A DNA stretch of 64,000 nucleotides from Ostreococcus lucimarinus (Eukaryota), in the NCBI GenBank assembly GCA_000092065.1, contig CP000600.1. The stretch is one strand, 5' to 3'. Shown piece by piece: positions 50,097-61,663 of this stretch (position 1 is its first letter; every line of letters starts with the position of its first letter). A program made the translations under genes and the position numbers. Under the pieces are notes generated by a model that saw only the letters and a program-made list of their open reading frames with translations, searched no databases and was not told the origin of the DNA.

Positions 50097-50281
50097 CGCG
50101 GCGACGCGCGATGCCGATGCCGATGACGATGACGATGGGACGCGAGACGGTGACGCGCGCGCGCGCGAGCGCGAGTCGACGCGCGGTGCGCGAGTTTACG
50201 TCGCTCGGACGGCGCGGATGGGACGCGACGAGCGCGAACGCGACGACGAACGCGGCGACGAACGCGGCGACGAACGCGGCG

Positions 50282-51463
50282 ATGGCGAGCGCGGCGACGC
50301 GAGCGATGGTGAGAAGGATGCGGTCGACGATGGCGACGACGGCGCAGGCGACGCCGTCGATGACGTTGGTCGTCGGAGGCGAACGGGCGACGCGACGGGT
50401 GGCGTGGTGGCTCGGCGGAGGGTGCGCGTGGGTGTTCTCCATGGTCGTCCTGGGAGGGATGACGAGGCTGACGAGGAGCGGATTGTCGATGACGGATTGG
50501 AAGTTTGAGTACGAGCATCCACCGCTCACGGACGAGGATTGGGCGAAAGAGTTTGAAAAGTACAAGCAAAGCCCAGAGTACAAGAAGTCGAACTTGGGGA
50601 TGACGGTGGAGGAGTACAAATTTATTTATTGGATGGAGTACGGGCACCGCATGTGGGGGCGCGTTTTGGGGTTGTACTTCGTCGCCCCGCTCGCGTACTT
50701 TGCGTCGAAAGGGTACGTCACCTCGGCGTTGGCGAAGCGATTGGGAGTCTTCTTCGTTCTCGGCGCGGCGCAAGGCATGATTGGCTGGTGGATGGTGAAG
50801 AGCGGTCTCGAGGAGCAAGAGTTTTCGTACGACGTGCCGCGAGTGAGTCCGTATCGACTCGCCACACACTTGACGGGAGCGTTTACCATTTACACCGGTA
50901 TGCTTTGGACGACTTTGAACGTCATCTATCCCGTTTCGCCGAGTCAAAGCGCTGGAGCGAGCAAGGCGCTCATCGACGCGACGAAGCGTTTGCATCGCGT
51001 GGTGCACCCGCTCGCCGGTCTAATCGGCGTGACGGCCATCTCTGGAGCTTACGTCGCGGGCATGGATGCAGGTCGTGCTTACAACACATTTCCTTTGATG
51101 GGCGGACGCTGGATTCCAGAAGAGTACCTCGACCAGTGGGAGCAGAAAGGCTGGAGAAATTTCTTTGAAAACACCGCCGCGGTGCAGTTTGATCATCGCG
51201 TCCTCGCCTTGACCACCTTGGCGAGCGTATCAGCCGTTTGGCTCGGTCATCGAAATTCTACCGCATTGCATCCGAGAACTAGAATGCTTCTCCACGCCCT
51301 CCTCGCCACGACCGCGGGGCAGGTGACTCTCGGAGTCACCACGCTCCTTCATCATGTGCCCGTCGAGCTCGGCTCGGCGCACCAAGCGGGAGCGTTAACT
51401 CTGTTCACCGTTGTCTTAGCCTTAATGCACTCCTTAAGAGGGCCTAAACGCTTGCGAATTTAG
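50282..51463 (+). CDS. COX15: Heme A synthase COX15.
   Basis: WWLGGGCAWVFSMVVLGGMTRLTRSGLSMTDWKFEYEHPPLTDEDW...YKFIYWMEYGHRMWGR... and conserved His-containing helices (HLTGAF, HRVLALTT, LLHHVPV). The GC-rich leader upstream of 50282 carrying a (GAC)n array was not called. Confidence 0.85.
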   Translation: MASAATRAMVRRMRSTMATTAQATPSMTLVVGGERATRRVAWWLGGGCAWVFSMVVLGGMTRLTRSGLSMTDWKFEYEHPPLTDEDWAKEFEKYKQSPEYKKSNLGMTVEEYKFIYWMEYGHRMWGRVLGLYFVAPLAYFASKGYVTSALAKRLGVFFVLGAAQGMIGWWMVKSGLEEQEFSYDVPRVSPYRLATHLTGAFTIYTGMLWTTLNVIYPVSPSQSAGASKALIDATKRLHRVVHPLAGLIGVTAISGAYVAGMDAGRAYNTFPLMGGRWIPEEYLDQWEQKGWRNFFENTAAVQFDHRVLALTTLASVSAVWLGHRNSTALHPRTRMLLHALLATTAGQVTLGVTTLLHHVPVELGSAHQAGALTLFTVVLALMHSLRGPKRLRI

Positions 51464-51504
51464 ACTGCTTGCTTGCTTTAATTGATTCATCGCTATTGAT
51501 TCTA

Positions 51505-52578
51505 TTACTGTTGATTTCCTAGCTCGCCTCGCGCTGCTCGCCACGAGAAGCTTCCCGTTTGCCTTCCAGGCAGCGATTCCCCGATGTCTACGGCTGGTTT
51601 ATCGAGCTCGAGCGACTCCATCGCATCTTGGGCCTCGAGCTCTTTCACCTCATTCGCCGGTATTTGCATCCTGAGCTCGCGCGTCAGGGCGTCGCAGCGA
51701 CTCTTGAGCCACGGCTCGTACACCTCGCCGCGACGACGGTAGAGCGGCTTCATATCCTTCGTGTAACGTTTAGTCACATCCACCACGCCTTCGACTGAAA
51801 AGGCGATGACGTACGACAATTGTTTGCCCCAACCCTGTTCGTACAGCAACGGCTTATCGCACACGTTCTCGCAAGGATCGCAGTGTAACCACCGCTTTTG
51901 GCGTTCCGAATACACCTCGGTCCACACGTGGTCGGTCCAGTCGAGGACCCAACGCGCGCGATACCCCATCGCTCGGCAGCACAGCGTGAACGCGTTCGCC
52001 CACTCCCCGCATCTACCGCGACGCGTGTCGAGCAGTTTGATTGCGGAATTATACCGCGGAAATCGCGTCTCGGCGCGACACGTCGAGCACTCGTACACCT
52101 CCGCGCGACTCGCTTCGCCCTCGCGCTCTTCCGCGCGCAGCGCTTCGCCTTGATCGGTGCGTTTCAACCTCGTCTCCGCGTTCCCGCACTTTTCGCACTT
52201 CGGTTTATCCACCCACTCGAAAAAATCTTCCTTGAACCAGCGCAAGAGCGCGAGCAGCGTGGCGTCCTCCAGACTCACGCCGTCCCCCTCGTCCGCGCCC
52301 GTCGTCGCCGTCGTCGCCGTCGTCCCGTCCGTCGCCTCCCTCTCCCTCTCCCTCGCCGTCGTCGCGCTCAATCGCATCACCGTTCTCTCTCCCTCGCGCC
52401 GCAGCGTCTCCGTCGGCATCGCGCTCGTCGCGCACGTCGTCGCGAGCTCGTCCTCGTGCGACGCCACCTGCGCCGCGCCCGCGCGCAGTCGCGCGTCGAA
52501 TCGCGCGCGCGCGGGCGTCGTCGTCGCGGCGTCGACGCGCGCGAACGCGTCTCGCAGCGCGCGCGCGTCGATCGTCAT
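51505..52578 (-). CDS. PNG1: Peptide:N-glycanase (PNGase/PNG1), transglutaminase-like core.
   Basis: Zinc-binding CEKCG...CSTC, catalytic-triad context RGRCGEWANAFTLCCRAMGYRARWVLDWTDHVWTEVY...WLHCDPCE. Start at the ATG at 52578. Confidence 0.8.
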   Translation of the reverse strand: MTIDARALRDAFARVDAATTTPARARFDARLRAGAAQVASHEDELATTCATSAMPTETLRREGERTVMRLSATTAREREREATDGTTATTATTGADEGDGVSLEDATLLALLRWFKEDFFEWVDKPKCEKCGNAETRLKRTDQGEALRAEEREGEASRAEVYECSTCRAETRFPRYNSAIKLLDTRRGRCGEWANAFTLCCRAMGYRARWVLDWTDHVWTEVYSERQKRWLHCDPCENVCDKPLLYEQGWGKQLSYVIAFSVEGVVDVTKRYTKDMKPLYRRRGEVYEPWLKSRCDALTRELRMQIPANEVKELEAQDAMESLELDKPAVDIGESLPGRQTGSFSWRAARGELGNQQ

Positions 52579-52743
52579 GCGCCGCACCGTGACGACATCG
52601 GCGACGCCGGAGACGCCGCATCGCGTCGCGTCGTCCTGGAGACGCTGGGTCGAAATCGCATCGTCCTGGAGACGCCGCGACGCCCGCGCGGCGCCAGATC
52701 GAGCGGCGACGCGCGTCGCGCCGCGCGTCCGGGACGCGTCGCG

Positions 52744-53694
52744 ATGACGAGCGAGGGCGCGACGACGACGACGACGGCGGCGGCGGCGGCGACGCGCGAA
52801 CCGCGGGTCGGCGAGAAACGCGCGCGACGCGACGACGACGACGACGAGGCGAACGGGCGACGCGACGGTGGGAAGACGACGACGGACGACGAGCGCGGCG
52901 GTGACGACGCGCGCGAGGACGGGAAAACGAACGAGGGGAAGACGAACGACGTCGCGAGCGAGGACGCGGCGAAAGCGACGACGAGCGGGTTCGGGAGCGC
53001 GCTCGCGAACGCGGGCTTCGGCGGCTTCGGCGGTTTGAAGAGCGCGGCGGCGAGCGGAGGGGGATTCGGAGGGTTCGCCGCGGCGAGCGCGAGCGCTGGA
53101 ACGGGTGGATTCGCGTCGAAAGCGGCGACGCCAGTGTTCGGTGGCGCGGTGGCCGCGCCCGTGGCGCTGTTCGGGGCGGGGAAGAAGAAGGAAACGACGA
53201 CGGAGGAGGACGAAGAGGGCGACGACGACCCAGAGCGCGAAGTCGCGAACGATTCTATCAAGCCAGTGGTGGAGTTGGAAGTCATCGAGACGAAAACTGG
53301 TGAGGAAGGTGAAACGTGTGCGTTTCGCACCGAAGGCGCGCTGTTTGAGTACGTCAACGACGCCGAGAATGGGTCGCGTTGGGTCGAGCGCGGCCGAGGA
53401 GACGTGAGGCTCAACGAGGGTGAAAACGGCTCTCGACTCGTCATGCGAGCTAAGGGAAACTTTCGTCTGATGCTCAACGCGGCGCTTTTCAAAGGTCAAA
53501 AGTTTCAGTTGATGGAAGGGGGCAAGGGGGTGTCGTTTACGTGCGTAAACGCGGCGTCTGGTGCCGACGCAAAGATGAGCACGTTTGCTCTGAAGATGCG
53601 CGCGGCGGCATCAAACGCGCAATCTCAGGCGGAGAACTTTCACGTAGCCGCGAAGAAAGCGATCGAAAAGCTATCCGAAGAAACACACAACTAA
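52744..53694 (+). CDS. FG-repeat protein with a C-terminal Ran-binding domain (NUP50/RanBP-like).
   Basis: N-terminal FG/GFG repeats (SGFGSALANAGFGGFGG...GGFGGFAAAS), then a RanBD1-like domain (ETCAFRTEGALFEYVNDAENGSRWVERGRGDVRLNEGENGSRLVMRAKGNFRLMLNAALFKGQKF). Confidence 0.7.
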   Translation: MTSEGATTTTTAAAAATREPRVGEKRARRDDDDDEANGRRDGGKTTTDDERGGDDAREDGKTNEGKTNDVASEDAAKATTSGFGSALANAGFGGFGGLKSAAASGGGFGGFAAASASAGTGGFASKAATPVFGGAVAAPVALFGAGKKKETTTEEDEEGDDDPEREVANDSIKPVVELEVIETKTGEEGETCAFRTEGALFEYVNDAENGSRWVERGRGDVRLNEGENGSRLVMRAKGNFRLMLNAALFKGQKFQLMEGGKGVSFTCVNAASGADAKMSTFALKMRAAASNAQSQAENFHVAAKKAIEKLSEETHN

Positions 53695-53728
53695 CTACAA
53701 CTAGTCTACTAGCGAGTGCAATATACTT

Positions 53729-55903
53729 CTACGTTTGTACGAGAGCGTCCAGAGCTGTGAGGAGCGAGCGAATCTGCACTTTCGGCGCTTGTTCCAATCC
53801 TTTTCTGAATCTCCAGATCAACTTGAGCGCATCGTTGGCGGTATAATTGATCACAATTGGCAGATTTAAAGTTCTGTTACCGCCTTTTAACGATACGACG
53901 AGCGAACCAGGAGATAAAGCCCGAATCGCTGCGCGCGAATTCGGCGCAAACAAGTCCACTGGGACTTCGCGGCCGAGCGCTTCAAGAACCTTTTTCAGCT
54001 CCGATCGAGACAATTCAATTTTCCGCTTCGTGTTCATTAACGGCTCAATGATATGCATGCCATCTTGAGTCAGCATATAAAAGTCATCACGCTCTGATTG
54101 CTCCCAAATCTTGACACCCGACCAAACGCAGCTCATTCGCTTTGCGCCAGGTGAATCTATGCAGTGCTTCTTGACTCCTTCAGCGATATACACGATAGAC
54201 TTCTGTTGATTTGAGCGCGCGTAGAGGCAAGGGGCGATTTTTTCCGAGAATTTATCACCAAGACCAAACTCTTTTGCCAACTTTTTCACCAATGTGCTCG
54301 AAACTTTTGAGTAGACGTGCTTTGGTTCCGTGCGCTCATAAGCGCGGTCGACTTTTTCTGCGGTCGACTCCTTCGCCTGTGGTCCGGGAATCGGCGCCAC
54401 CTTTTTCAATAAGACTGCAAAAAATCCGCCCATGTCTTGTAAGTGAGGTACGAGCCTCATGCAGTGCTGCAATGGGATCGCCGTCGACTTGATGCGTTTT
54501 CCGAGATGGCCCATTCGCGCCAGCGACTGCGCCGGCGGCCACATCGATTTCGCAAACTTTCGCTTCAATCCAATGGGCACGGTCGAAGCTTGACTATCCT
54601 CGTACTTTGGATATTCTACTACGTTCCCTTCGACCATGGTCATCACGTTCCAAGTCGATATTCCCGGTCTGCGCAGTAACTCGGGAATTCGATCAGAAGC
54701 GTCGACAATTTCTAGCGCTCCACCGCACCGTTTGATGAGCTCTGCGACGACAGCCTCGTTTTCCACTGGGTTGAATGAGCACGTACTGTAAACCATATAT
54801 CCACCAACATTAAGGAGTGCCGCGCCACGCTGCGCAATGCGTAGCTGTAGCTTGTGAAGGCCCATGGCGAATTCGGGGCGCCATTCGGACCAAATCTGTG
54901 GGTTTTTCCTAAGCGTTCCGTCACCACTGCACGGAACATCACAAATGATACGATCGTAAGAGCCTTCTGGATATCTTCCTCCGCGTTCAGTCAATGCCTT
55001 ATCGGTGGTAGGTACGTTGATATTTGGATACCATTGAGCTTGGTGCGTCGTCACCATCAAATTCGCAGTGGCGTTGCGAAGCGCTGCACAGCGTCGTACT
55101 AGGAAATAACATCGCATCGGATTAATATCGTTCGCGATGACGCATCCAGACGCCGATCCTTCCTCTCCATTGACGTTGAGTGCCTCAAGTGCCTGCGTAG
55201 TTTTCGATCCAGGACTTGCGCAAAGGTCGAGCACGCGATGGTGCGGCTCGACTTGTAAAATTGCCGCGGGAACCATGGAATCCACCGCCTGTCGAGTGAG
55301 AACGCCGGTATTGTTGCACTTCACCAACCAACGCTGCAAATCTCTCAACATTGGATTTCGAGAGAACTTCAGGCTCATCTTGTCCACGCCGAGCTGCCAT
55401 CCGTCACACCACGGCAGGCGTGTTGGCGGCGGTATCAACCGTCCCCGGTCGTCCCTCGTTTCTCTCGCGTTTTGCAGAAAGTGTTTCGCCACGTTCAGCG
55501 CTTCGCGCACTTCTTCTCGTCTCGACGCCATAACGTTCATCCTAAATGTCACCGGTAAAGGCAATCGAAGGTACCTCAAAAAGTCTCTCCACTCGCCCTC
55601 GTCCACTATGCCCTGTCGTCTGTAGTACGTCTCAAACGACGTCTCCTCGTGCACCGAAAGCGTGCGCGAGAACCAAGGCGCGGACGTCCGCGGAAGCATG
55701 ATCGTTTCTGTCGTCGTCGTCGCCTCGTTCGCGCTGTTTCGTCGCCCAGCGTCATCAGCGTCATCGTCGTTCCTCGTCGCTTTCGCCGCCGCCTCGAGCG
55801 CCCTCGCGCGTTTCCTCGCGCGCACCATGCGCTTCGATCGCGATCGCTTCCCCGACACCGACGCACCGCCGATCGTGTCGTCATTCCACGCGTCGTGCTG
55901 CAT
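53729..55903 (-). CDS. NSUN2: NOL1/NOP2/Sun-family RNA (cytosine-5)-methyltransferase, NSUN2/Trm4-like.
   Basis: FETYYRRQGIVDEGEWRDFLRYLRLPLPVTFRMN, SAM-binding VLDLCASPGSKT, IANDIN, catalytic DRIICDVPCSGDGTLRKNPQIW and STCSFNPVENEAVV motifs. Start placed at the internal ATG at 55903. The ORF-track start at 56131 would overlap the divergent SWIP gene start at 56069. Confidence 0.75.
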   Translation of the reverse strand: MQHDAWNDDTIGGASVSGKRSRSKRMVRARKRARALEAAAKATRNDDDADDAGRRNSANEATTTTETIMLPRTSAPWFSRTLSVHEETSFETYYRRQGIVDEGEWRDFLRYLRLPLPVTFRMNVMASRREEVREALNVAKHFLQNARETRDDRGRLIPPPTRLPWCDGWQLGVDKMSLKFSRNPMLRDLQRWLVKCNNTGVLTRQAVDSMVPAAILQVEPHHRVLDLCASPGSKTTQALEALNVNGEEGSASGCVIANDINPMRCYFLVRRCAALRNATANLMVTTHQAQWYPNINVPTTDKALTERGGRYPEGSYDRIICDVPCSGDGTLRKNPQIWSEWRPEFAMGLHKLQLRIAQRGAALLNVGGYMVYSTCSFNPVENEAVVAELIKRCGGALEIVDASDRIPELLRRPGISTWNVMTMVEGNVVEYPKYEDSQASTVPIGLKRKFAKSMWPPAQSLARMGHLGKRIKSTAIPLQHCMRLVPHLQDMGGFFAVLLKKVAPIPGPQAKESTAEKVDRAYERTEPKHVYSKVSSTLVKKLAKEFGLGDKFSEKIAPCLYARSNQQKSIVYIAEGVKKHCIDSPGAKRMSCVWSGVKIWEQSERDDFYMLTQDGMHIIEPLMNTKRKIELSRSELKKVLEALGREVPVDLFAPNSRAAIRALSPGSLVVSLKGGNRTLNLPIVINYTANDALKLIWRFRKGLEQAPKVQIRSLLTALDALVQT

Positions 55904-56068
55904 CGCGTCGTCGCGCCTCGACGCGTCGACGTCCGCGCGCGCGCGTCTGCAGCGCTCGTCCGCACACGTCGACCGCGGGCGCGGCGAAGCGACGCGAGAG
56001 GCGGCGCGAGCGAGCGCTCGAGCGAGGGCGACGTCGTCAGTCGTCGAATTCTGACGCTCGACCGCGCG

Positions 56069-59000
56069 ATGACGACCGCGAGCCTCGCGTCGCCGCGCGA
56101 CGTCGCGGAGGAGGAGGACCGACGGGACCAACGACCATCGGCGACGAAACGAAGCGATGACGCGGCGTCTACGAGCGAGAACGACGTGCCTGAAGAATAC
56201 GCTGAGAACGCGAGTGCGGTGATACGCGAAACGCTCGATGGCTTCCTCGAGTACGTCGAGACGTGGGCGCAGAAGACGAGGGAGACCGCAGACAACTTGG
56301 GGGAGGAGGGTGTTTCAAATCGCGGGCCGCGCGCGAGCGGGAACGGGGCGAAGGATGCGATCGTCCTGAACGGCGATCCGCGCGAAAATATACGGATTGA
56401 AGATCTCGTCACGTGCGAAAATGCGCTGTTGAGCAAGACGACGATGATTTTAGCGCATTTAGGCGGCGAAGTCGAGCGGTTGAGCGCCGTGGCAGACGAA
56501 ACAATTTATCCGATGCTTACGACTTTCGGCGAGAGAGCGAATGATGCGGACGTGATGTCCGATGCAGAGTTACGAGATGCATTCGTTGGGAAATTAGAGC
56601 CGCTTCAAGACGCACTGTTATTCATGGATCAAGTCAGAGCGGTCGTGTGTAACTTGTTCACGCAACTCACGGTGGTGTATTCGACGTTCGCGGCATACAC
56701 GCCGTATCAAACTGTGCGTTTGGCGTGGTCATTCGATATGCTCGGTCGTGCACTAGCAATTGGAGTCGGAATTGATGAGGTGGTTAGGAACAATAGGGCG
56801 TTGCGGTCGGCGCTGATGAATTTCAAACGCGTGGTGCTGCTCCTTCGAGCCAATCCCGAGCAGTTCGGCATGAACGAAGTCGACGTCGTGAGCTTGGATT
56901 CGGCGGTTGCGATCATCGAAAATCAATTGCTCTCATCTTCATTCTTTGCCTCAGTGCTCACACAGCTCACAGAAACCGAACAACCTGATCGATTTATCAA
57001 GGAGCTCGCCGGCACAACTCTCGAGCTTCTCGAAAGCACGACGGCTCGATTGAATACCGACTCGGAGCGGTTGAACGATAAACGCACACTGCTGTCGTGT
57101 CTTTGCTTGACTATGCTTCATTCAGGATTAGTTCCCGATATAGCCGATAGAAAACTCTGCATGAAGGCGTGGGAAGTCTACAAGGTGTGCGTGCTGGTGT
57201 CGGTGACGACGACGGTTTCAGTGTGTCCAGGGGCAATACTAGAAGCGCATCTATCTCCAGCCGCACGAGAGTGCTTTCCTGATAATGGTTTAGAATCAGT
57301 GATCTCGTTTCGTCGAGAGACGCTCGAGACTCTGGATGAGACTTTCCCTGCGAAGCTCCTCGATTTGTTGTCGGCTTCAGTCGCCTGGCTCACCAAGTTT
57401 ACGGCGACACCAAACGTCTCGCATAGCTTATCGAGCACAATGAACGCTCGCACGAGTTTGTTTCAGGAGGGTATGAGACTGGTAAATCGACTGCGCCACT
57501 ATACTCAGGAGATCATACACCTCCACGTGTCTCTGGAGGCCCCGGTCACGAAGCGGCGGGTGCGACTCATCGCTCGCGCCGTGGAAATGTTGCAAGCCAT
57601 GTGCGAAGCTTTCACTCAAAATCTCAATTTGAGTTTGGAAGTGCAGCACGTGCTGAAATTTCTAGCAGATAGAATACATCGCATGATGGTACGTTTGAAA
57701 CGCTTCTGAGATCGATCGGCTCACATCTGACCTTTTCACGCAGGTTCCTACTCGGGAATTATTAGAAAACAAAATTTCGACGACGACGACGTCGAGTGGA
57801 TGGGAACGCTTAAAGGCTCAAATTTCGTCGGGAAAAGCCGAAAACAATAAACAGGACACCCTCGCGACGGTCAATATCGCAGGTAAGCTTTTCATTCTCC
57901 GTCTAGATGACGTACAAATTAAATTAATTATTTCATTTATTTAGTGCATGTTTTGTCTGGGCCGGCGACTCGAAAAAGGATGCATGTTCTTCGAATCTGC
58001 CTCGATGCGATCCGTGGAGCGAGTCTTCTCAGTGATGAAGATGTCGTGCTCGCATCTGAGTTCGTGGAACTCGTAGAAGTGCTCTCCACGTACCGCAAAA
58101 GCGTTCAAGATCAATGTGATACTTCCTTTTTATTTTTCACGAGGGAATTATTTCCGGTGTGTTTGGCTGATATTTACGTCAAGCCGAACGAATCTGGACG
58201 TCTTACTTTGCTTGTGAGTGCGTTTCGCAATTGTGAAACGTTATTAATGCGTGCTGGAGCGAGCGATAGCGAAGTGGCGACGTTTGACAATTATATTCGA
58301 ACGTCACTGGAGCGAGAAATAATTCAACCGCTTTGTCGAGATATTGAGACAGATTTGAGGTTGCATCTTCATTCTGCGCGCATAGCAGGCGTCATGAACA
58401 CGAATCCGTTCAAGGATGGCGTTCGAGACTTGTCGTTGTTCACGAATCTGCCGCCAATCTACACGTTGAAGCACCAGGTGCGAATATTATTTATTTAATT
58501 AATTGTGGCGAATTTGAAACTGACCGGATTTCGTCCTCGTCGTTGACAGATCGACATTCGTAATCGCGTCGAAGGTTATTTAAATCAGACCTTCCACAAT
58601 CACACGGCGATTGCTCTTCATAACTGGAAGGTGAGTGATAAAATAATTAATTTGTCCTACTTCGCAACCGAGCGAGCTGCCTTTTACGAAAACGACGACT
58701 AACGATCTATTCGCGCGCAGTCTTACGTGGAAATGAGAAATCTTGCGATAGAAAAGTACGGCTTACGCTGCGCCGAGATTGAGCTTCCGAGCCAGACGCT
58801 CGAACAAGGCTTGGATGTGTTGGAGCTGATGCGCAATATCCACGTCTTCGTGTCGAGGTACAACTACAACTTGAACACACAGTGCTTTGTCGAGAAGGCG
58901 AGCGCGGCGCTCGATCGCAAGCATCTGAACACCATAAGTATTCGGCATGTCGCCAACTCTATCAGAACGCACGGAACGGGCATCACGCACACGACCATCA

Positions 59001-59965
59001 ACTTTGCCTATCAGTACCTGGCGCAAAGATTTCAGATTTTCAACCAGTTTCTCTTTGACGACCACATCAGAAGTCAACTCATGAAAGAAGCTCGAATGGT
59101 GCACGCCGAGACAAAGGCTAAGAGTGATACTATCAAGTTAAGCTCAAAGCAAGCAGGATATCGCGCATCGACTGTGGACGAAAAGTTTGAGTACCCAGTC
59201 GAACGCGCCCTTCGAGTGATGCGCGACATTCGAAAGCTCGGTTTATCGAAGGACGGCTCTTCGTTCATCGACGAGTTCCGTGTGTTAGTGACTGAAATCG
59301 GTAATGCGCTCGGTTTTGTTCGCATGGTTCGTCTCGGTGCGATGCACTACAGCACCAACGCCGCCAAGTTTGTACCGAGTGCGCGCGGGTCGAAGTTCGC
59401 CCTCGATGAGAGCCTCGACGCCGACGGTTTGTCCGAGTGGACAAAGACGGCACTGAAAAATCTGCAGAGTGAATTAAAAGCCTTAAGCACAGGCGGTACC
59501 GATGGTACTGACTATTTTCAAGTCCTCGTATCGGTTTTTTCGACCGAGCTTCGAAAGGGTCACGAACACCTAAAAGACTTTTACTTGGTGCTTCCAGCGC
59601 TCACGATGAGCGCCGCTGAAACCATCCTGGCTTCAAAAGACAAGCTCGTGCGACGTGGTAAAGATTCACAGACCGCCACTTTCACCGATGATGGTTTAGC
59701 ACTTGGGATCGTGTACCTGCTGAGCGTCCTCGATCAACACGAAGCCTTCGATGCGCTGCATTGGTTTGAGTCCGCCTCGCACCACTTCGAAGCGGAGGAG
59801 AAGCGCGCAAACGAGGAAACCGGTGGCACTTTCGGCATTTTAGGTCGTAGCATCGACGAAAAGACCAAGCTTCAGGTCAAGTTGGATAAGATTGACGCGT
59901 TAAGGCGCGAGTTTGTACACTTGAAGCATTCACTCGTCGGCGCGCGAAGCTTTGTGAATTTGTAA
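56069..59965 (+). CDS. WASHC4: WASH complex subunit SWIP/WASHC4 orthologue, about 1205 aa, in five exons: 56069..57688, 57744..57882, 57945..58477, 58550..58630 and 58721..59965.
   Basis: The last three exons are collinear with the highly conserved SWIP C-terminal region (...DIETDLRLHLHSARIAGVMNTNPFKDG...|IDIRNRVEGYLNQTFHNHTAIALHNWK|SYVEMRNLAIEKYGL...LPSQTLEQGLDVLELMRNIHVFVSRYNYNLNTQ...HLNTISIRHVANSIRTHGTGITHTTINF...DDGLALGIVYLLSVLDQHEAFDALHWF). Introns are GT-AG with good signals: GTACGT..CTGAC..CACGCAG; GTAAGC..TTTATTTAG; GTGCGA..TTGACAG; GTGAGT..CTAAC..GCGCGCAG. They are short (55-90 nt) and AT-rich, and the reading frame is preserved across all junctions. Confidence 0.7.
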
Positions 59966-60124
59966 TTGTAGACGCCTCGCCGCACTCAGCCACAGACGCT
60001 GTGAAAACCTCAGCTTTTCATCGTCATCTTCCAAACGTCATCGTCCGCCACATCACAGTCGCGCGCGCGTCGTCGTCGTAAAGTAAGTGATACTCTGCTC
60101 CAATACAACATCGCACGCCTCGTC

Positions 60125-61555
60125 ATGTCGTGCCAAGCGATGTTAAACACGCCCGCGCTCGCGCCGGCGGTGACATCCGTCGCCCACCGTCGCCCTAGCC
60201 GCCGAGGTGCTCGCGCGTTGACGCGCGCCAACGCCGGTGGTGCCATGGAGCAGCTCACGTTGAAGCCGATGAAGAAAATTGAAGGCACGGTTCGATTGCC
60301 GGGGTCTAAGTCGCTGTCAAACCGCATTCTGCTCCTCGCGGCGCTCGCAGAAGGAACGACCAAGGTGGAAAACTTGTTGGATAGCGACGACATTCGTTAC
60401 ATGGTTGACGCGCTTAAAGTTCTGGGGCTGTCCTTCACGGAAGACAGAGAGAACAACATTTTGGAAATCACCGGTTGTGGGGGTAAGCTCCCGGTCGAGG
60501 GCGCGGAGTTGTTCCTCGGTAACGCCGGGACGGCGATGCGACCGCTCACCGCCGCCGTGGCTGCGGCGGGTAAAGGCACGTTCATCCTCGATGGTGTCGA
60601 GCGTATGCGTGAAAGACCAATTCAAGATCTTGTTGATGGTTTGGTTCAGCTTGGTGTCAAGGCGGAGTGCACGATGGGTACGGGTTGCCCGCCGGTGAAG
60701 GTTGAGGCGAACGGCTTGCCTGGCGGTCGCGTCGAGCTCAGCGGTTCCGTGAGCTCGCAATACCTCACCGCGCTCCTCATGGCGGCCCCACTTTGCGAAG
60801 GGTCGATTGAAATCGTAATTGTCGATGAGCTCATCTCCAAACCGTACGTTGAGATGACTATCACACTCATGGAACGCTTCGGTGTCAAGGTAGAAAAGGC
60901 GGACGACCTCCAGAGCTTTAAGATTCAAGGCGGACAAAAGTACATCTCCCCGGGCAGTGCATTTGTTGAAGGCGATGCTTCGTCCGCTTCCTACTTCCTC
61001 GCCGGTGCCACCATCACCGGTGGTACCGTCACTGTCATCGGTTGCGGTTCGGAGAGCATCCAAGGCGACACAAACTTTGCGTACACGATGGAGCAAATGG
61101 GCGCGACGCTCGAGTGGGGTCCGAACTCGGTCACCTGCACCGGTCCCAAGGGCCCGCTCAAGGCGATTGATGTGAACATGAACGCCATGCCCGACGCTGC
61201 GATGACTCTTGCCGTCGCTGCACTCTTCGCTGACGGCATCACTACCATTCGTGATGTCGCGAGCTGGCGCGTGAAGGAAACCGAGCGCATGATTGCGATT
61301 TGCACCGAGCTGCGCAAGCTCGGTTGCGACGTCTTCGAAGGCGCGGATTACTGCGTCATCACCCCTCCTCACAAGCTCGACCCCCCGGCCAAGATGAAGG
61401 CCAACGTTGACATCGATACCTACGACGATCACCGCATGGCCATGGCTTTCGCCTTGGCCGCGTGCGGCGACGTCGACGTCGTCATCAACGACCCGAAGTG
61501 CACGAAGAAGACTTTCCCGACGTACTTTGACGTCCTCAAGTCCGTCGCCAAGTGA
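60125..61555 (+). CDS. aroA: 3-phosphoshikimate 1-carboxyvinyltransferase (EPSP synthase) with a plastid-targeting-like N-terminus.
   Basis: [22 protein letters not shown]...[16 protein letters not shown]..., the two-domain architecture, the conserved RPI/KxxR and [12 protein letters not shown] motifs. Confidence 0.9.
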   Translation: MSCQAMLNTPALAPAVTSVAHRRPSRRGARALTRANAGGAMEQLTLKPMKKIEGTVRLPGSKSLSNRILLLAALAEGTTKVENLLDSDDIRYMVDALKVLGLSFTEDRENNILEITGCGGKLPVEGAELFLGNAGTAMRPLTAAVAAAGKGTFILDGVERMRERPIQDLVDGLVQLGVKAECTMGTGCPPVKVEANGLPGGRVELSGSVSSQYLTALLMAAPLCEGSIEIVIVDELISKPYVEMTITLMERFGVKVEKADDLQSFKIQGGQKYISPGSAFVEGDASSASYFLAGATITGGTVTVIGCGSESIQGDTNFAYTMEQMGATLEWGPNSVTCTGPKGPLKAIDVNMNAMPDAAMTLAVAALFADGITTIRDVASWRVKETERMIAICTELRKLGCDVFEGADYCVITPPHKLDPPAKMKANVDIDTYDDHRMAMAFALAACGDVDVVINDPKCTKKTFPTYFDVLKSVAK

Positions 61556-61663
61556 GCGTCGCGCGCATCTTCGACGTATTAGCTATTATAGAATTGGTGC
61601 AAGCTATCGTATATGAATCATTGGATAAATTTGTCTACCGTCCCCTCTCGCGAGTCGCGAAAC

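Noticed and set aside
49243-51007. Overlapping 458-aa and 431-aa minus-strand ORFs.
   Set aside because: Antisense to COX15 and its GC-rich leader, with poly-Arg/poly-Val tracts from the (GAC)n/(GTC)n array.
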